Shown piece after piece: positions 9,796 to 20,265 of a DNA stretch of 64,000 nucleotides. Origin of the DNA: Candidatus Latescibacterota bacterium (GTDB lineage Bacteria; Latescibacterota; UBA2968; UBA8231); assembly GCA_965217585.1 (NCBI GenBank), contig OZ244561.1:576001-640000 (forward strand), read 5' to 3'. Position 1 is the first letter of the stretch. The number at the start of each line of letters is the position of its first letter. Position numbers and translations under genes: made by a program. Under the pieces are notes generated by a model. That model was not told the origin of the DNA. It did not search any database and saw only the letters and a program-made list of their open reading frames with translations.

Positions 9796-10764
9796 ATGGA
9801 TCCCTGCATAGGTCTGATCGATCAAGAACTATCCCTGTTTGAAAAGCGGCTCAACGCCGAGCTCAACGCCGATGTCGAGCTGGTCCACGTCATTGCTCGC
9901 TACATGGCCACGCTCAAGGGCAAGCGCCTCCGGCCAGCCCTCATCTTGCTCGTGGGCAAAGCGGCCGGTGCCTGGAACGAACAGCTAATCGACACGGCCG
10001 TGGCTGTCGAGATGATTCACGCCGCCACCATGGCTCACGACGACGTAGTGGACTCAGCGACCGTGCGCCGGGGTCGAGAGACGGTCAACGAGCGCTGGAG
10101 CGGGCAGATCGCCGTGCTCATGGGCGACTTTCTCCTCGCGCGTGCACTGCGCCTGCTGATCGAAGTCGGCAATCTACAGGTCCTAAGCGTGGTTGCGCAC
10201 GCCACCGAGCGGCTGAGCATAGGCGAAATATTTGAAATTCAGATCGGCACTCAGTGCGATACGCGCGAAGAGTCGTACTTTGCCATGGTCAGCGACAAGA
10301 CGGCTTCTCTGATCTCGGCCGCAGCGCGGATTGGCGCGATTCTTTCCGGCGCATCGGACGAGGTCGTGCAATCCATGGGGCGCTACGGAGAATCGCTCGG
10401 CCGCGCCTTCCAAGTCGCCGACGACATTCTCGATCTCACTAGCGATCAGGCGACCATGGGCAAGCCCGTCGGACACGACCTGCGCGAAGGCAAGATCACC
10501 TTGCCGTTGATACGTGCCTTACAGCAAGCCCCATCAGGAGCGCGGGCCGAGATGGAGGCTCTTTTGGCCCAGCCGGACAAAGACGAAGCGGAATGGGGGC
10601 AGATCGTGGCCTTTGTCGATAAGCACCAAGGAGTCGCCGCCGCCGCCGAGACCGCGCACGAATACGCCGCCCACGCTCAAGAATGCCTAGAGGTCCTGGC
10701 CCCTTCCCCGGCCCGCATAGCGCTAGAACGAGCCGTGCAGCTCGTCGTCGAACGCAACAATTGA
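9796..10764 (+). CDS. Polyprenyl (octa/heptaprenyl) diphosphate synthase
   Basis: GKRLRP, HDDVVD..RRG, KTA, FQVADDILD motifs. Confidence 0.9.
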   Translation: MDPCIGLIDQELSLFEKRLNAELNADVELVHVIARYMATLKGKRLRPALILLVGKAAGAWNEQLIDTAVAVEMIHAATMAHDDVVDSATVRRGRETVNERWSGQIAVLMGDFLLARALRLLIEVGNLQVLSVVAHATERLSIGEIFEIQIGTQCDTREESYFAMVSDKTASLISAAARIGAILSGASDEVVQSMGRYGESLGRAFQVADDILDLTSDQATMGKPVGHDLREGKITLPLIRALQQAPSGARAEMEALLAQPDKDEAEWGQIVAFVDKHQGVAAAAETAHEYAAHAQECLEVLAPSPARIALERAVQLVVERNN

Positions 10765-10776
10765 CGCAACCAGCCC

Positions 10777-11814
10777 ATGCTCAAGCGCAGTCTGCTGGCC
10801 ATAGGCGGTTTGGCCGTGGTCCTGTACTTTCTGCCGTCGCCTCGGCCCGCCGCACCGGTACGTGCAGACCGCCTCTTGTTGGGAACCCTCGTCACGGTCA
10901 AGCTCTACGGAGACGAAGCAGTGGTTCGCCCGCACATAGAAGCGGCGTACGCGGAGATCGCCCGCGTCGATTCGTCGATGAGCCACTACCGCGAGGACGG
11001 CGCATTGCGGCGGCTGGAACAGCAGGCGCGGCTCGCTCCAACGCGTGGCTCGGCCGGACTGATTGCGGTCTTGACGCGCAGCCAGCACTTCGCCGCGTTG
11101 ACAGATGGAGCTTTTGACTGCACGGTGGGAGCCTTGACGGGCCTGTGGAACTTCCCCGATGCGGTAGCGCCACCCACCTCGGCGCAGATTGATTCGGCGC
11201 TGGCGCTGGTGGACTACGAAGACCTAGAGGTTGCGGCCCAGTCATTTCGGATCAACAGGCCGGGGCTGCGGTTGGATCTGGGGGCGGCGGCCAAAGGCTA
11301 CGCGGTTGACCAAGCAGTGGCGGCGATGCAGGAGCTAGGAGTGGAGGCTGGGGTGATCGAGGCCGGGGGCGATATTCGCTATTGGGGCGAAAAACCGGAC
11401 GAGAGGCCTTGGCTCTTTGGGATCCAGCACCCGCGCGCCCCAGAGCAATACATATCAGTAGAGAACCTCGGGCTCGCGGCGATTGCGACCTCTGGCGACT
11501 ACGAGCAGTACTTTGATTGGGAGGGCGAGCGCTATCACCACCTGCTCGATCCCAAGATCGGCTATCCAGCGCGGGCGTGCATAAGCGCTACTGTGTGGTC
11601 TGCTACCGCACTAGACGCCGACATCCTGTCGACCGCGGTCTTCGTCTTAGGGCCCGATCAAGGGCTCGCGCTCGTCGAGGGCCTAGCGGACGTCGAAGGC
11701 TTCATTTTCTTTGAGCGAGATGGGCAGCTCATGCACCGGGCGTCAACCGGGATGCGCGGCCGCTTTCGCTTTTGCAATAGTAGCGAACTTTCGCCGGGCT
11801 GCGCCCGGCAATAG
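10777..11814 (+). CDS. apbE: FAD:protein FMN transferase (ApbE family)
   Basis: GAFDCTVG, DLGAAAKGYAVD, GGDI, ATSGDYE, HHLLDP motifs. Confidence 0.9.
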   Translation: MLKRSLLAIGGLAVVLYFLPSPRPAAPVRADRLLLGTLVTVKLYGDEAVVRPHIEAAYAEIARVDSSMSHYREDGALRRLEQQARLAPTRGSAGLIAVLTRSQHFAALTDGAFDCTVGALTGLWNFPDAVAPPTSAQIDSALALVDYEDLEVAAQSFRINRPGLRLDLGAAAKGYAVDQAVAAMQELGVEAGVIEAGGDIRYWGEKPDERPWLFGIQHPRAPEQYISVENLGLAAIATSGDYEQYFDWEGERYHHLLDPKIGYPARACISATVWSATALDADILSTAVFVLGPDQGLALVEGLADVEGFIFFERDGQLMHRASTGMRGRFRFCNSSELSPGCARQ

Positions 11815-11833
11815 CGGAGTAAAGACAACTCTT

Positions 11834-14356
11834 ATGAAACGCAACCGGAAACTCGTGCTGATCGTGGCACTGATCGCCGCCGCAGTGTACTACCTGCTGC
11901 CGAGTGTGGAATTTTACAGCATGACGGACGCCGAGCGAGAGGCCATAGGGCTGAAGGCCCCCGAGCAGCTCGCCGATCTGAAAAAGCGCTCGCTCAACTT
12001 GGGGCTAGACTTGCAAGGCGGCATCCACCTCGTCCTAGAGGTCAAAACCGAGGGGATGGAGCAACAGGAAGCCCAAGATGCGGTCGCCCAAGCACAGGAA
12101 GTCATCCGCAACCGCGTCGATCAGTTCGGGGTGGCCGAACCGACCATCCAGCGCCAAGGCGACAACCGCATCATCATCGAGTTGCCCGGCGTACAGGACG
12201 TGCAGCGCGCCAAGGATCTAGTGGGCCAGACCGCGCTCCTCGAATTCCAGCTCCTCGAACCCTCTGAGGATCGCACTCGCCTGATCCAGCGCATCGACCA
12301 AGTGCTGGCCCCGGAAGAAGAAGAGGAAGAAGAGGAAGAAGACCTCCTCCTTTCCTCCACAGCAGAAAGCGCCCCCCTCTCCTCCATGCTCAGCCTCGCC
12401 GGCGAAGACCTCACAGTCTCGGGCCGCGACTTGCAGCGCATCAAGAACTTGCTCAACACCCCAGAGGCCCAAGAGCTCATTCCCGCAGACGTGGAATTTA
12501 TCTTTTCGAGCAAGCCCGCCGGGGCCGAAGGCAATGAGTTTTACTTCCTCTACTTGGTGCGCAAGAAGCCGGAGATGACCGGGCACATGATTCAGGATGC
12601 CTTCGTCTCCATCGGCCAAGTCGTCGAGTACATGGGCCAGCCCATCGTCAATTTCTCGACCACCGACGAAGGAGTGAGGCTCTTCAGCCGCATCACGGGT
12701 TCGCACATCGGCGAGCGCATGGCCATCGTCCTCGACGAATCGGTGTACTCGGCCCCAGTCATCCAGAGCAAAATCAGCGAGGGTCGAGGCATCATCACCG
12801 GCAGCGGCACCCAAGAAGAGGCCAAAGACCTCGCTATCGTACTGCGGGCCGGCGCGCTACCGGCCGAGGTCGAGATCATCGAAGACCGCACGGTCGGCCC
12901 CTCGCTTGGACGCGACTCGATCGAGCAAGGCAAGACCGCAGCCATCTACAGCATGGTGCTGATAGCGATCTTCATGGTCCTCTACTACCGAGCTGTCGGG
13001 CTAATCGCCGACTTTGCCCTCCTGCTCAACATGTTCTTCATCATGGCGGTACTGGCCGGTTTTCACGCCACTTTGACCTTACCCGGCATCGCCGGCATCA
13101 TCCTGACCATCGGCATGGCCGTTGACGCCAATGTGCTGATCTTTGAGCGCATCCGCGAAGAACTGCGCTCGGGCAAAACCGTCCGCGCGGCCATAGATTC
13201 CGGCTTCGGCCACGCGCTCTCGGCCATCATCGACGCTAATGTGACCACGTTCCTAGTTGGCATCGTGCTCTATCAGTTCGGCACCGGGCCGATTCGCGGC
13301 TTTGCCTTGACCCTGTGCATCGGCATCGTCTCCAGCCTCTTTACGGCCTTCTTTGTGACCCGCACAATCTTCGATCTGATTACCCGGAAATCGCAGCAAT
13401 CGACCTTGAGCATCGGGCCAGTTGGGCTCTTCGCCAACCTGAACATCCGCTTCCTCTCGTTGCGCAACATTGGTTTCGGTGCCTCGGCGGCTGTACTGCT
13501 CCTCGGCGGCGTCTCCATTTTGGGCATCAATGGCATCCGGCAGGGCATTGACTTCGCCGGCGGCACCTTGCTGGAGTTGCACTTCGATCCAGCCGTACAA
13601 GTCGAGAATATCCGCAGCCAGCTCGGCCGCGTTCCCGTGGGCGATGCCGAGATCGATCTAAGCAAGAGCGAAATCAAGCAGTTCGGGTCGGCAAACGACA
13701 TCCTCATCCGCGTCAGCGAGAGTGGGGAAGGCACCGAGGTGGCCGATGGCATTATGGGGGTTCTCAAGTCCGGATTTGCCGACAGCATCGCGGAGATGGA
13801 GTGGATCCGGCGCCAAGAAAAGGTCGGCCCCAAAATCGGCAGCGAACTGAGCAGCGCGGCCGTGCGCGCGGTGTTGGTGGCCCTGGGACTGATTCTGCTC
13901 TACATGGCTTGGCGCTTCCACCGCTTCCTCTACGGCATCGCCGCGGTCGTCGCGCTCTTCCACGACGTGCTCATCACCCTCGGGCTGCTTTCGCTCTTCA
14001 ATATTGAGATTACCCTCGCGGTGGTCGCCGCCCTGCTGGCCATTGTCGGCTACTCGCTCAACGACACGATCGTGGTCTTCGACCGCATCCGCGAAAACCT
14101 GCACACGGCCCGCCGACAGGGCTTTGACGGCACAGTCAACCAGAGCATCAACGAGTGTCTGAGCCGTACGCTGATCACCTCGGCGACGACCCTCTTGGCG
14201 GTGCTAGTGCTGATGCTTTTTGGCGGCGAGGTCAACCGCGACTTCACTATCACCTTGATGATCGGCGTCGTGGTCGGTACCTATTCGTCTGTATTCGTCG
14301 CCAGCCCGGTGCTTTACCTAGGCCAACAGCGGGCCGCCGCAAAAGAGGGCGATTAA
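11834..14356 (+). CDS. secDF: Fused protein translocase subunit SecDF
   Basis: LGLDLQGG, GMAVDANVLIFERIREE, GIDFAGG, GYSLNDTIVVFDRIREN; start at ATG 11834 after GGAG. Confidence 0.95.
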   Translation: MKRNRKLVLIVALIAAAVYYLLPSVEFYSMTDAEREAIGLKAPEQLADLKKRSLNLGLDLQGGIHLVLEVKTEGMEQQEAQDAVAQAQEVIRNRVDQFGVAEPTIQRQGDNRIIIELPGVQDVQRAKDLVGQTALLEFQLLEPSEDRTRLIQRIDQVLAPEEEEEEEEEDLLLSSTAESAPLSSMLSLAGEDLTVSGRDLQRIKNLLNTPEAQELIPADVEFIFSSKPAGAEGNEFYFLYLVRKKPEMTGHMIQDAFVSIGQVVEYMGQPIVNFSTTDEGVRLFSRITGSHIGERMAIVLDESVYSAPVIQSKISEGRGIITGSGTQEEAKDLAIVLRAGALPAEVEIIEDRTVGPSLGRDSIEQGKTAAIYSMVLIAIFMVLYYRAVGLIADFALLLNMFFIMAVLAGFHATLTLPGIAGIILTIGMAVDANVLIFERIREELRSGKTVRAAIDSGFGHALSAIIDANVTTFLVGIVLYQFGTGPIRGFALTLCIGIVSSLFTAFFVTRTIFDLITRKSQQSTLSIGPVGLFANLNIRFLSLRNIGFGASAAVLLLGGVSILGINGIRQGIDFAGGTLLELHFDPAVQVENIRSQLGRVPVGDAEIDLSKSEIKQFGSANDILIRVSESGEGTEVADGIMGVLKSGFADSIAEMEWIRRQEKVGPKIGSELSSAAVRAVLVALGLILLYMAWRFHRFLYGIAAVVALFHDVLITLGLLSLFNIEITLAVVAALLAIVGYSLNDTIVVFDRIRENLHTARRQGFDGTVNQSINECLSRTLITSATTLLAVLVLMLFGGEVNRDFTITLMIGVVVGTYSSVFVASPVLYLGQQRAAAKEGD

Positions 14357-14389
14357 AGCCAGCCGATTGCGGCGGGATCGCCTCTCGCC

Positions 14390-15601
14390 ATGAAAACTAT
14401 AGTAGTAGCTGCCTTTGTCCTGTTCTTGATCTACCACGGACCGCCGCAGGATCGCTCCAGCCCCTTTGACGCCGCGTGGATGCTGGGCGCTCTGGCTCTC
14501 TTGGCCGCGGCTGGAGGCCAACTGGCGCAGGCGGTTCGTCTGCCGGCGCTGGTTGGGTGGATCGGAGCCGGGATGTTGCTGGGCACCGGCGGCTTACAGC
14601 TCGTCGATCTAGACGCGTTCTCCCTGCACCAAATGCTCTTTCTCACGGCGGGCCTCGGGGTCGGATTCCAAGTGGGGCTGCACGTGGTATGGCCAACGCA
14701 CGCTTGGCGCACGCTTGGGTTGGTAGCGGCGGCGACCGCGCTGGTCTTTGCCGCGGTGACCGCGGCCACCGCATTGCTCGGGCTGCCTTGGGAGCAGGCC
14801 GTACTCCTCGGCGCGTTGGCTAGCTTGTGGGGACCTTTCACCGGCGCACCGGAATTTGGCCGGCGCGGTGCGCTGGTGCTGGCTGTGCTGGGGACGGGCT
14901 GCGCCCTTGGGGCATTGGGGGGCGCGCTGGTCTGGCTAGAAATCGGAGCCGAGGGATGGGTCGGGCGCGTCGGCCTGTCGCTTGTGGCCGGCGGAGGGCT
15001 GGGGCTGGGGCTGCGCTTTTTAGGTCGGTTCGCCACCCCGAGTGCGACTATAGTCTCCGGCCTAGTAGGAGCTTTTTTCTTAGCGGCTCTCGTGCTGGAA
15101 ACCCTCGGGCTGATGGCTCTCCCCTGCGGGCTGATGGCGGGATTGGTGCAGAACAAGACGCAAAGCCGCCGCGTGCGGTTGCTGCTGCACCGGGGGGCGC
15201 CGGTCGCTTTCATGCTCTTTTTCGCACTCGTGGGGACCGCGCTCGACCTCGGCGCGCTGTGGCCTCCCGCAGCCGGACTGTACGAGGCCGCACTCGTGCT
15301 AGTGGCCGTACCGTTGCTTTTGCGGGGGTTGGCCCCCATGGCGTACTACCCGCTGCCCGGTCCCCATCCAGGGCGGCGCATTGGCTGGCGACTCTTGCCG
15401 CGCGGTGCGTTGCTGTTCGAGTTGTTCTGCGGCCCGCACGGGCTGGCTCCTTACGTAGAGGCTGGCGGTCTGTTAGCGCAGGCCGTGCTCTTGGACATTT
15501 TCGTTTCGACCCTGCTCTTCTCCTCCTTATCATCGCTCGTAGATGCGAGCCTTTTCGCGGCGGAAAAGGCTCGCTCCTCAGAAGACAGCGCAACGGCCTA
15601 A
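14390..15601 (+). CDS. Polytopic membrane protein, cation:proton antiporter-like
   Basis: Many hydrophobic segments; LPALVGWIGAGMLLG and FFALVGTALDL resemble CPA2 transporters. Confidence 0.55.
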   Translation: MKTIVVAAFVLFLIYHGPPQDRSSPFDAAWMLGALALLAAAGGQLAQAVRLPALVGWIGAGMLLGTGGLQLVDLDAFSLHQMLFLTAGLGVGFQVGLHVVWPTHAWRTLGLVAAATALVFAAVTAATALLGLPWEQAVLLGALASLWGPFTGAPEFGRRGALVLAVLGTGCALGALGGALVWLEIGAEGWVGRVGLSLVAGGGLGLGLRFLGRFATPSATIVSGLVGAFFLAALVLETLGLMALPCGLMAGLVQNKTQSRRVRLLLHRGAPVAFMLFFALVGTALDLGALWPPAAGLYEAALVLVAVPLLLRGLAPMAYYPLPGPHPGRRIGWRLLPRGALLFELFCGPHGLAPYVEAGGLLAQAVLLDIFVSTLLFSSLSSLVDASLFAAEKARSSEDSATA

Positions 15602-15665
15602 GTGCGCCGCTGCTCGTTTGTGTCCAACTAGGCTGATTTGTATCTTTAACGGTCTAACATTTTGT

Positions 15666-16358
15666 ATGGACCATATTCGCGACAACTGGGAATTGCTGCG
15701 CGGCCGCATCGAGCGGGCATCCGCGCGTAGCGGGCGCGCAGCGAGCGCGATTGAGGTCGTCGCCGTCAGCAAAACGCGCAGCGCACGCGAGATTGAGGCG
15801 GCTTACGCCTGCGGCTTGCGCCTCGTGGGCGAAAACCGCATCCAAGAAGCAGCGGCCAAGCGCCCGCAGGTCGCCGCGCCGCTTGCCTGGCACTTTGTCG
15901 GCCAGTTGCAGACGAATAAAGCCGGGCGGGCCGTCGAGCTTTTCGACCTCGTGCAATCGGTCGATTCCGCGCGGCTAGCGGAGGCACTCAGCCGCCGAGC
16001 TGGACAGGCAGGTCGCACCATTGAGGTGCTCTTGCAGGTAAACACGGCCGGCAGCCTGAGCCAAGCCGGAGTGGTGCCCGACCAGCTCGTCGATCTAGTC
16101 GCAGCCCTCGCACCGCTGCCGCACTTGCGGATCCGCGGCCTGATGACCATTGCCGCTCACAGCGAGGACGAGGCCACAGTCCGAGGCTGCTTTCGGACCT
16201 TGCGCGAGCTTGGCGAAAAAGTCGCCGAGTGCGAATTTGCGGGTGTATCCATGGACTACCTGTCCATGGGCATGAGCGGCGACTTTGAACTCGCCATAGC
16301 CGAAGGGGCCAATCTACTGCGCCTCGGCACGGCGATCTTCGGCCCGCGGCCGACCTGA
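15666..16358 (+). CDS. yggS: PLP homeostasis protein YggS
   Basis: VAVSKT, GENRIQE, WHFVGQLQTNK, GLMTI, LSMGMSGD, RLGTAIFG. Confidence 0.95.
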   Translation: MDHIRDNWELLRGRIERASARSGRAASAIEVVAVSKTRSAREIEAAYACGLRLVGENRIQEAAAKRPQVAAPLAWHFVGQLQTNKAGRAVELFDLVQSVDSARLAEALSRRAGQAGRTIEVLLQVNTAGSLSQAGVVPDQLVDLVAALAPLPHLRIRGLMTIAAHSEDEATVRGCFRTLRELGEKVAECEFAGVSMDYLSMGMSGDFELAIAEGANLLRLGTAIFGPRPT

Positions 16359-16374
16359 TTTACAGGAGATACTC

Positions 16375-16668
16375 GTGTTCGATTTCGGCGGTTTTTTTAC
16401 AGACGTCAAGGGCCTCATCATCACCCTCATTGAGATCTACAGCTATGTGGTCCTCATCCGGGTGCTGCTCTCGTGGTTCAACCCCAACCCCCACAACCCA
16501 CTCGTCCAATTCCTGCGCGGCGTCACCGATCCGGCCCTCGATACAGTGCGTTCCTTCTTGCCGAGGTTTTTTTGGTCAACCGGAATAGACTTTACGCCGA
16601 TAGTCCTGTTTTTCCTACTCAAGCTCGTCGTCATCTTTCTCCACCGTATCTTTCCCGCAGCCGGATGA
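16375..16668 (+). CDS. yggT: YggT family membrane protein
   Basis: RVLLSWFNPNPHNPLVQFLRGVTDP..IDFTP; follows yggS. Confidence 0.9.
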   Translation: MFDFGGFFTDVKGLIITLIEIYSYVVLIRVLLSWFNPNPHNPLVQFLRGVTDPALDTVRSFLPRFFWSTGIDFTPIVLFFLLKLVVIFLHRIFPAAG

Positions 16669-19600
16669 GCATGGCACCCCAAACCCCTTTTGCCCCGGTC
16701 CCGTCCCAAGTGGACTTTCCCGCTCAGGAGCGCCACATCCTCGAGTTCTGGCGCGCCGGCGACCTGTATCGCAAATCCGTCGATGCCCGTCCCATCGAGC
16801 AGCCCTTTCGGTTCTACGACGGACCGCCCTTTGCGACCGGACTGCCCCACTACGGACACCTGTTGGCGTCCATCACTAAGGACGTGGTGCCTCGCTACTG
16901 GACGATGCGCGGCTACCGGGTCGAGCGCCGCTGGGGCTGGGACTGCCACGGCCTGCCCGTCGAAAACGAAGTCGAGCAGCAACTCGGGCTCCGGTCTCGG
17001 CGCGATATTCTCGAATACGGCGTGTCCCAGTTCAACGAGGCTTGCCGAGACTTGGTGCTGCACTACACGGCCGAGTGGCAGCGGCTGATTGAGCGACTAG
17101 GGCGCTGGGTTGACTGGGACAACCAGTACCGGACGATGGACCCCAACTTCATGGAGTCCGTGTGGTGGGTGTTCAAGTCGCTGTGGGACAAGGGACTCGT
17201 CTATGAGGGCTACAAGTCCCTCGCCTACTGTCCCCGCTGCGCGACACCGCTGTCGAACTTCGAGGTCAACCAAGGCTACCAGGACACGCAGGACCCGTCG
17301 ATCACAGTGCGCTTCCGCGTCGTCGGCGAGCAGCGCCTGTCCCTGCTCGCTTGGACGACGACCCCGTGGACCCTGCCCTCCAACATGGGCTTAGCCATTG
17401 GCCGCGACATCGACTATGTGCGCGTCACCACCCGCGACGGAGAGCACTTAATCCTCGCCGCTTCCCTCGTCGAAAGCCTCTTCCGCCGGCACGACAGCGA
17501 AATCGCCGAGGTAACGCCAGTCGCCGTCGAAGATCTCGTCGGGCTGCGTTACGAGCCTCTGTTCGACTGCTTCGCCGACCGTGCCGAGGAGGGCGCTTTC
17601 CGCGTCGTGACGGCCGATTTTGTGTCCACCGACGACGGCACCGGCATCGTCCACATTGCCCCGGGGTTTGGCGAGGACGATTACCAACTCGGCCTAGCCG
17701 AGGGCTTGCCCGTGGTCTGCCCCATCGACGCCGACTGCTGCTTCACCGACGAGATCCCGGACTTTGAGGGCACTTTCGTGAAGGACACCGATACGCCCAT
17801 CATCCGCCGATTGCGCACCTCGGGTCAGCTATTCTCCGAGGGCTCCATCGAGCACTCGTACCCATTCTGCTGGCGCTGCGACTCGCCCCTCATCTACCGC
17901 ACGATCTCCACTTGGTTTGTGAAAATCGAAGGCGAGGTGAAGGAGAAGATGCTCGCCGCCAATCAGCAGATCTGGTGGATTCCCGAGCACATCCGCAATG
18001 GCCGCTTCGGCAAGGGCGTTGAGTCGGCACCGGACTGGGCCGTGAGCCGCAATCGCTACTGGGGAACGCCGCTGCCGATTTGGCGCAACGAGGAGACGGG
18101 CGAAGCCGTGTGCGTCGGCAGTCGCCAGGAGCTGTGCGAACTCGCCGGACGCGACGTGGACGACCTGCACAAGCACTTCATCGACGACCTCGAGATCCCA
18201 GCACCGTCCGGGAACGGCTCGCTGCGGCGCGTGCCCGAAGTCCTCGACTGCTGGTTCGAGTCCGGATCGATGCCGTACGCGCAGAACCACTACCCCTTTG
18301 GGCGGCGCGAGGACTTCGAAGCCTCTTTCCCAGCCGACTTCATCTCCGAGAACCTCGATATGACCCGCGGGTGGTTCTACACCCTGACGATCCTGGCTGC
18401 GGCGCTGTTCAACAAGCCAGCTTTCCACAACTGCATCGTCGGCGGCATGCTGCTAGCCACCGACGGACGCAAGCTGAGCAAGCGCTTGAAGAACTATCCC
18501 GATCCGGCTGAGATGCTCGAGACCTACGGCGCCGACGCCCTGCGCCTCTATCTGCTCAACTCGCCGGCCATGAAGGCCGAGGAGATGCGTCTTACTGAAG
18601 AGGGCATTAAGCAGAGCCTGCGCGATGTCATCATCCCCTTGTGGAATGCCTATAGCTTCTTTGTCACCTACGCGGCTATTGACGGTTGGACACCAGACGA
18701 GAGCCGTGTGCAGACGCTCGACCACCGCCTCGACCGCTGGATTCTTTCGGAGTTGCAGACCCTGCTCCGCGATCTCAACGCCGAAATGGAAGCATACCGG
18801 CTCTATCGCACAGTGCCGGCGATGGTGGCCTTTACCGAGAAGCTGACCAACTGGTACATCCGCCGCAGCCGTCGCCGCTTCTGGAAGTCCGAAGACGACC
18901 AAGACAAGGCGGCGGCGTACGACACTCTCTATCGGGTGCTAGTGACCTTCATCAAAGCCCTAGCTCCGGTCTTGCCCTTTATCACCGAGATTATCTACCA
19001 GAACTTGGTGCGCCGAGTGGACGCGGAGGCACCCGCAAGCGTCCATCTATGCGACATGCCGCAGGCCGACGAGCACTTGCGCGACGACGCCTTAGAGCAG
19101 CAAATGGAACTGGCGACGCGGGCCGTGGTCTTGGGCCGCTCGCTGCGCAGCAAGCACGAGCTCAAGGTGCGCCAGCCGCTGCGGCACCTCTGGCTTTTGC
19201 CCCCCAACGGGCACAGCCATCACGGACTGGAGCAGATGACTGACCTGCTAGCCGACGAGCTCAACGTCAAGGAGGTGGTGCTGGTGGAGGACGAGACCGA
19301 TTTCAGCGAGATCTCCTATCGGCCCGACTTCCGCGCCTTGGGGCCGCGCTTCGGCAAGCGGATGCCAGAAGTCGCCGCCCGCATCCAAGCCCTGACGACC
19401 GAGGATGTACACCTCCTCAAGAGCGGCGGCCAGCTCTCCGTGGCCGGCGGCGAGATCGGGCTGGCCGACATCGCCGTGCAGCGCCGGGAGAAAGAGGGCG
19501 TGGTGGTAGCCCTCGACAACAACCTCGGGGTGGGTCTAAACATCCAGCTCGACGACGAATTGATCGCCGAGTGCACTGCGCGCGAATTCGTCAACCGCGT

Positions 19601-19826
19601 GCAGAACATGCGCAAAGACGCCGGACTAGACGTCTCCGACCGCATCTACGTCTGGGTGCGAGGCGACACCGGGCTGGAAGAGGCTGTCGAGCAGCACCGC
19701 GAGTACATCGCCGCTGAAACCCTAGCGCTGACCCTCCACACCGAGAAACTGCCCCAAGAGGCACTCTTGCAGCAGGAGCGGCAGGTCAATGGCCAAGCCG
19801 GCACCATTGCCATCGCTAAGGCCTAG
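16665..19826 (+). CDS. ileS: Isoleucine--tRNA ligase, type 2 (start at 16665 or 16671)
   Basis: FYDGPPFATGLPHYGH, WGWDCHGLPVE, WTTTPWTLPSN, KLSKR, NWYIRRSRRRFW. Confidence 0.95.
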   Translation: MSMAPQTPFAPVPSQVDFPAQERHILEFWRAGDLYRKSVDARPIEQPFRFYDGPPFATGLPHYGHLLASITKDVVPRYWTMRGYRVERRWGWDCHGLPVENEVEQQLGLRSRRDILEYGVSQFNEACRDLVLHYTAEWQRLIERLGRWVDWDNQYRTMDPNFMESVWWVFKSLWDKGLVYEGYKSLAYCPRCATPLSNFEVNQGYQDTQDPSITVRFRVVGEQRLSLLAWTTTPWTLPSNMGLAIGRDIDYVRVTTRDGEHLILAASLVESLFRRHDSEIAEVTPVAVEDLVGLRYEPLFDCFADRAEEGAFRVVTADFVSTDDGTGIVHIAPGFGEDDYQLGLAEGLPVVCPIDADCCFTDEIPDFEGTFVKDTDTPIIRRLRTSGQLFSEGSIEHSYPFCWRCDSPLIYRTISTWFVKIEGEVKEKMLAANQQIWWIPEHIRNGRFGKGVESAPDWAVSRNRYWGTPLPIWRNEETGEAVCVGSRQELCELAGRDVDDLHKHFIDDLEIPAPSGNGSLRRVPEVLDCWFESGSMPYAQNHYPFGRREDFEASFPADFISENLDMTRGWFYTLTILAAALFNKPAFHNCIVGGMLLATDGRKLSKRLKNYPDPAEMLETYGADALRLYLLNSPAMKAEEMRLTEEGIKQSLRDVIIPLWNAYSFFVTYAAIDGWTPDESRVQTLDHRLDRWILSELQTLLRDLNAEMEAYRLYRTVPAMVAFTEKLTNWYIRRSRRRFWKSEDDQDKAAAYDTLYRVLVTFIKALAPVLPFITEIIYQNLVRRVDAEAPASVHLCDMPQADEHLRDDALEQQMELATRAVVLGRSLRSKHELKVRQPLRHLWLLPPNGHSHHGLEQMTDLLADELNVKEVVLVEDETDFSEISYRPDFRALGPRFGKRMPEVAARIQALTTEDVHLLKSGGQLSVAGGEIGLADIAVQRREKEGVVVALDNNLGVGLNIQLDDELIAECTAREFVNRVQNMRKDAGLDVSDRIYVWVRGDTGLEEAVEQHREYIAAETLALTLHTEKLPQEALLQQERQVNGQAGTIAIAKA

Positions 19827-19860
19827 TACAAACGGACGACGCGAAGAGAGGTAAAATCAA

Positions 19861-20265
19861 ATGGACGACAAACCCAAGCAGCTAGACAAAGAACACCTCG
19901 GCTTTTTTAAGAAATTGCTACTCAAAAAAATCGCCCAGACCTCAGACGACGTCGAAGCCATCGAAAACACCGCACGCAACGACGCCCGGGAAACGGCCTC
20001 CGAGGACCGCTCGACCTATTCGCTGCACATGGCCGACCACGGGACCGACGCCATGGAGCGAGAGAAATCCCTGCTTCTCGCCCAGCGCGGGGGTGATTAC
20101 ATCGACTACTTAAACGAGGCCCTGCAACGCATCGAGGACGGCACCTTCGGGATTTGCCGCATCTGCAAAGGGCCGATCGGCCGCGGCCGCCTAGAGGCCG
20201 TGCCCACTGCCACCCAGTGCATTAGCTGCAAGTCCAAGCGCGAGGAGGAGTCGGACTTAGAGTGA
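19861..20265 (+). CDS. dksA: TraR/DksA C4 zinc-finger protein
   Basis: HMADHGTD..ERE and CRIC..RLEAVP..CISC. Confidence 0.85.
   Translation: MDDKPKQLDKEHLGFFKKLLLKKIAQTSDDVEAIENTARNDARETASEDRSTYSLHMADHGTDAMEREKSLLLAQRGGDYIDYLNEALQRIEDGTFGICRICKGPIGRGRLEAVPTATQCISCKSKREEESDLE

Noticed and set aside
12313-12340. Poly-Glu GAA/GAG run in secDF as a phase-variation tract
   Set aside because: Mixed-codon, in-frame acidic linker; slippage would not switch expression.
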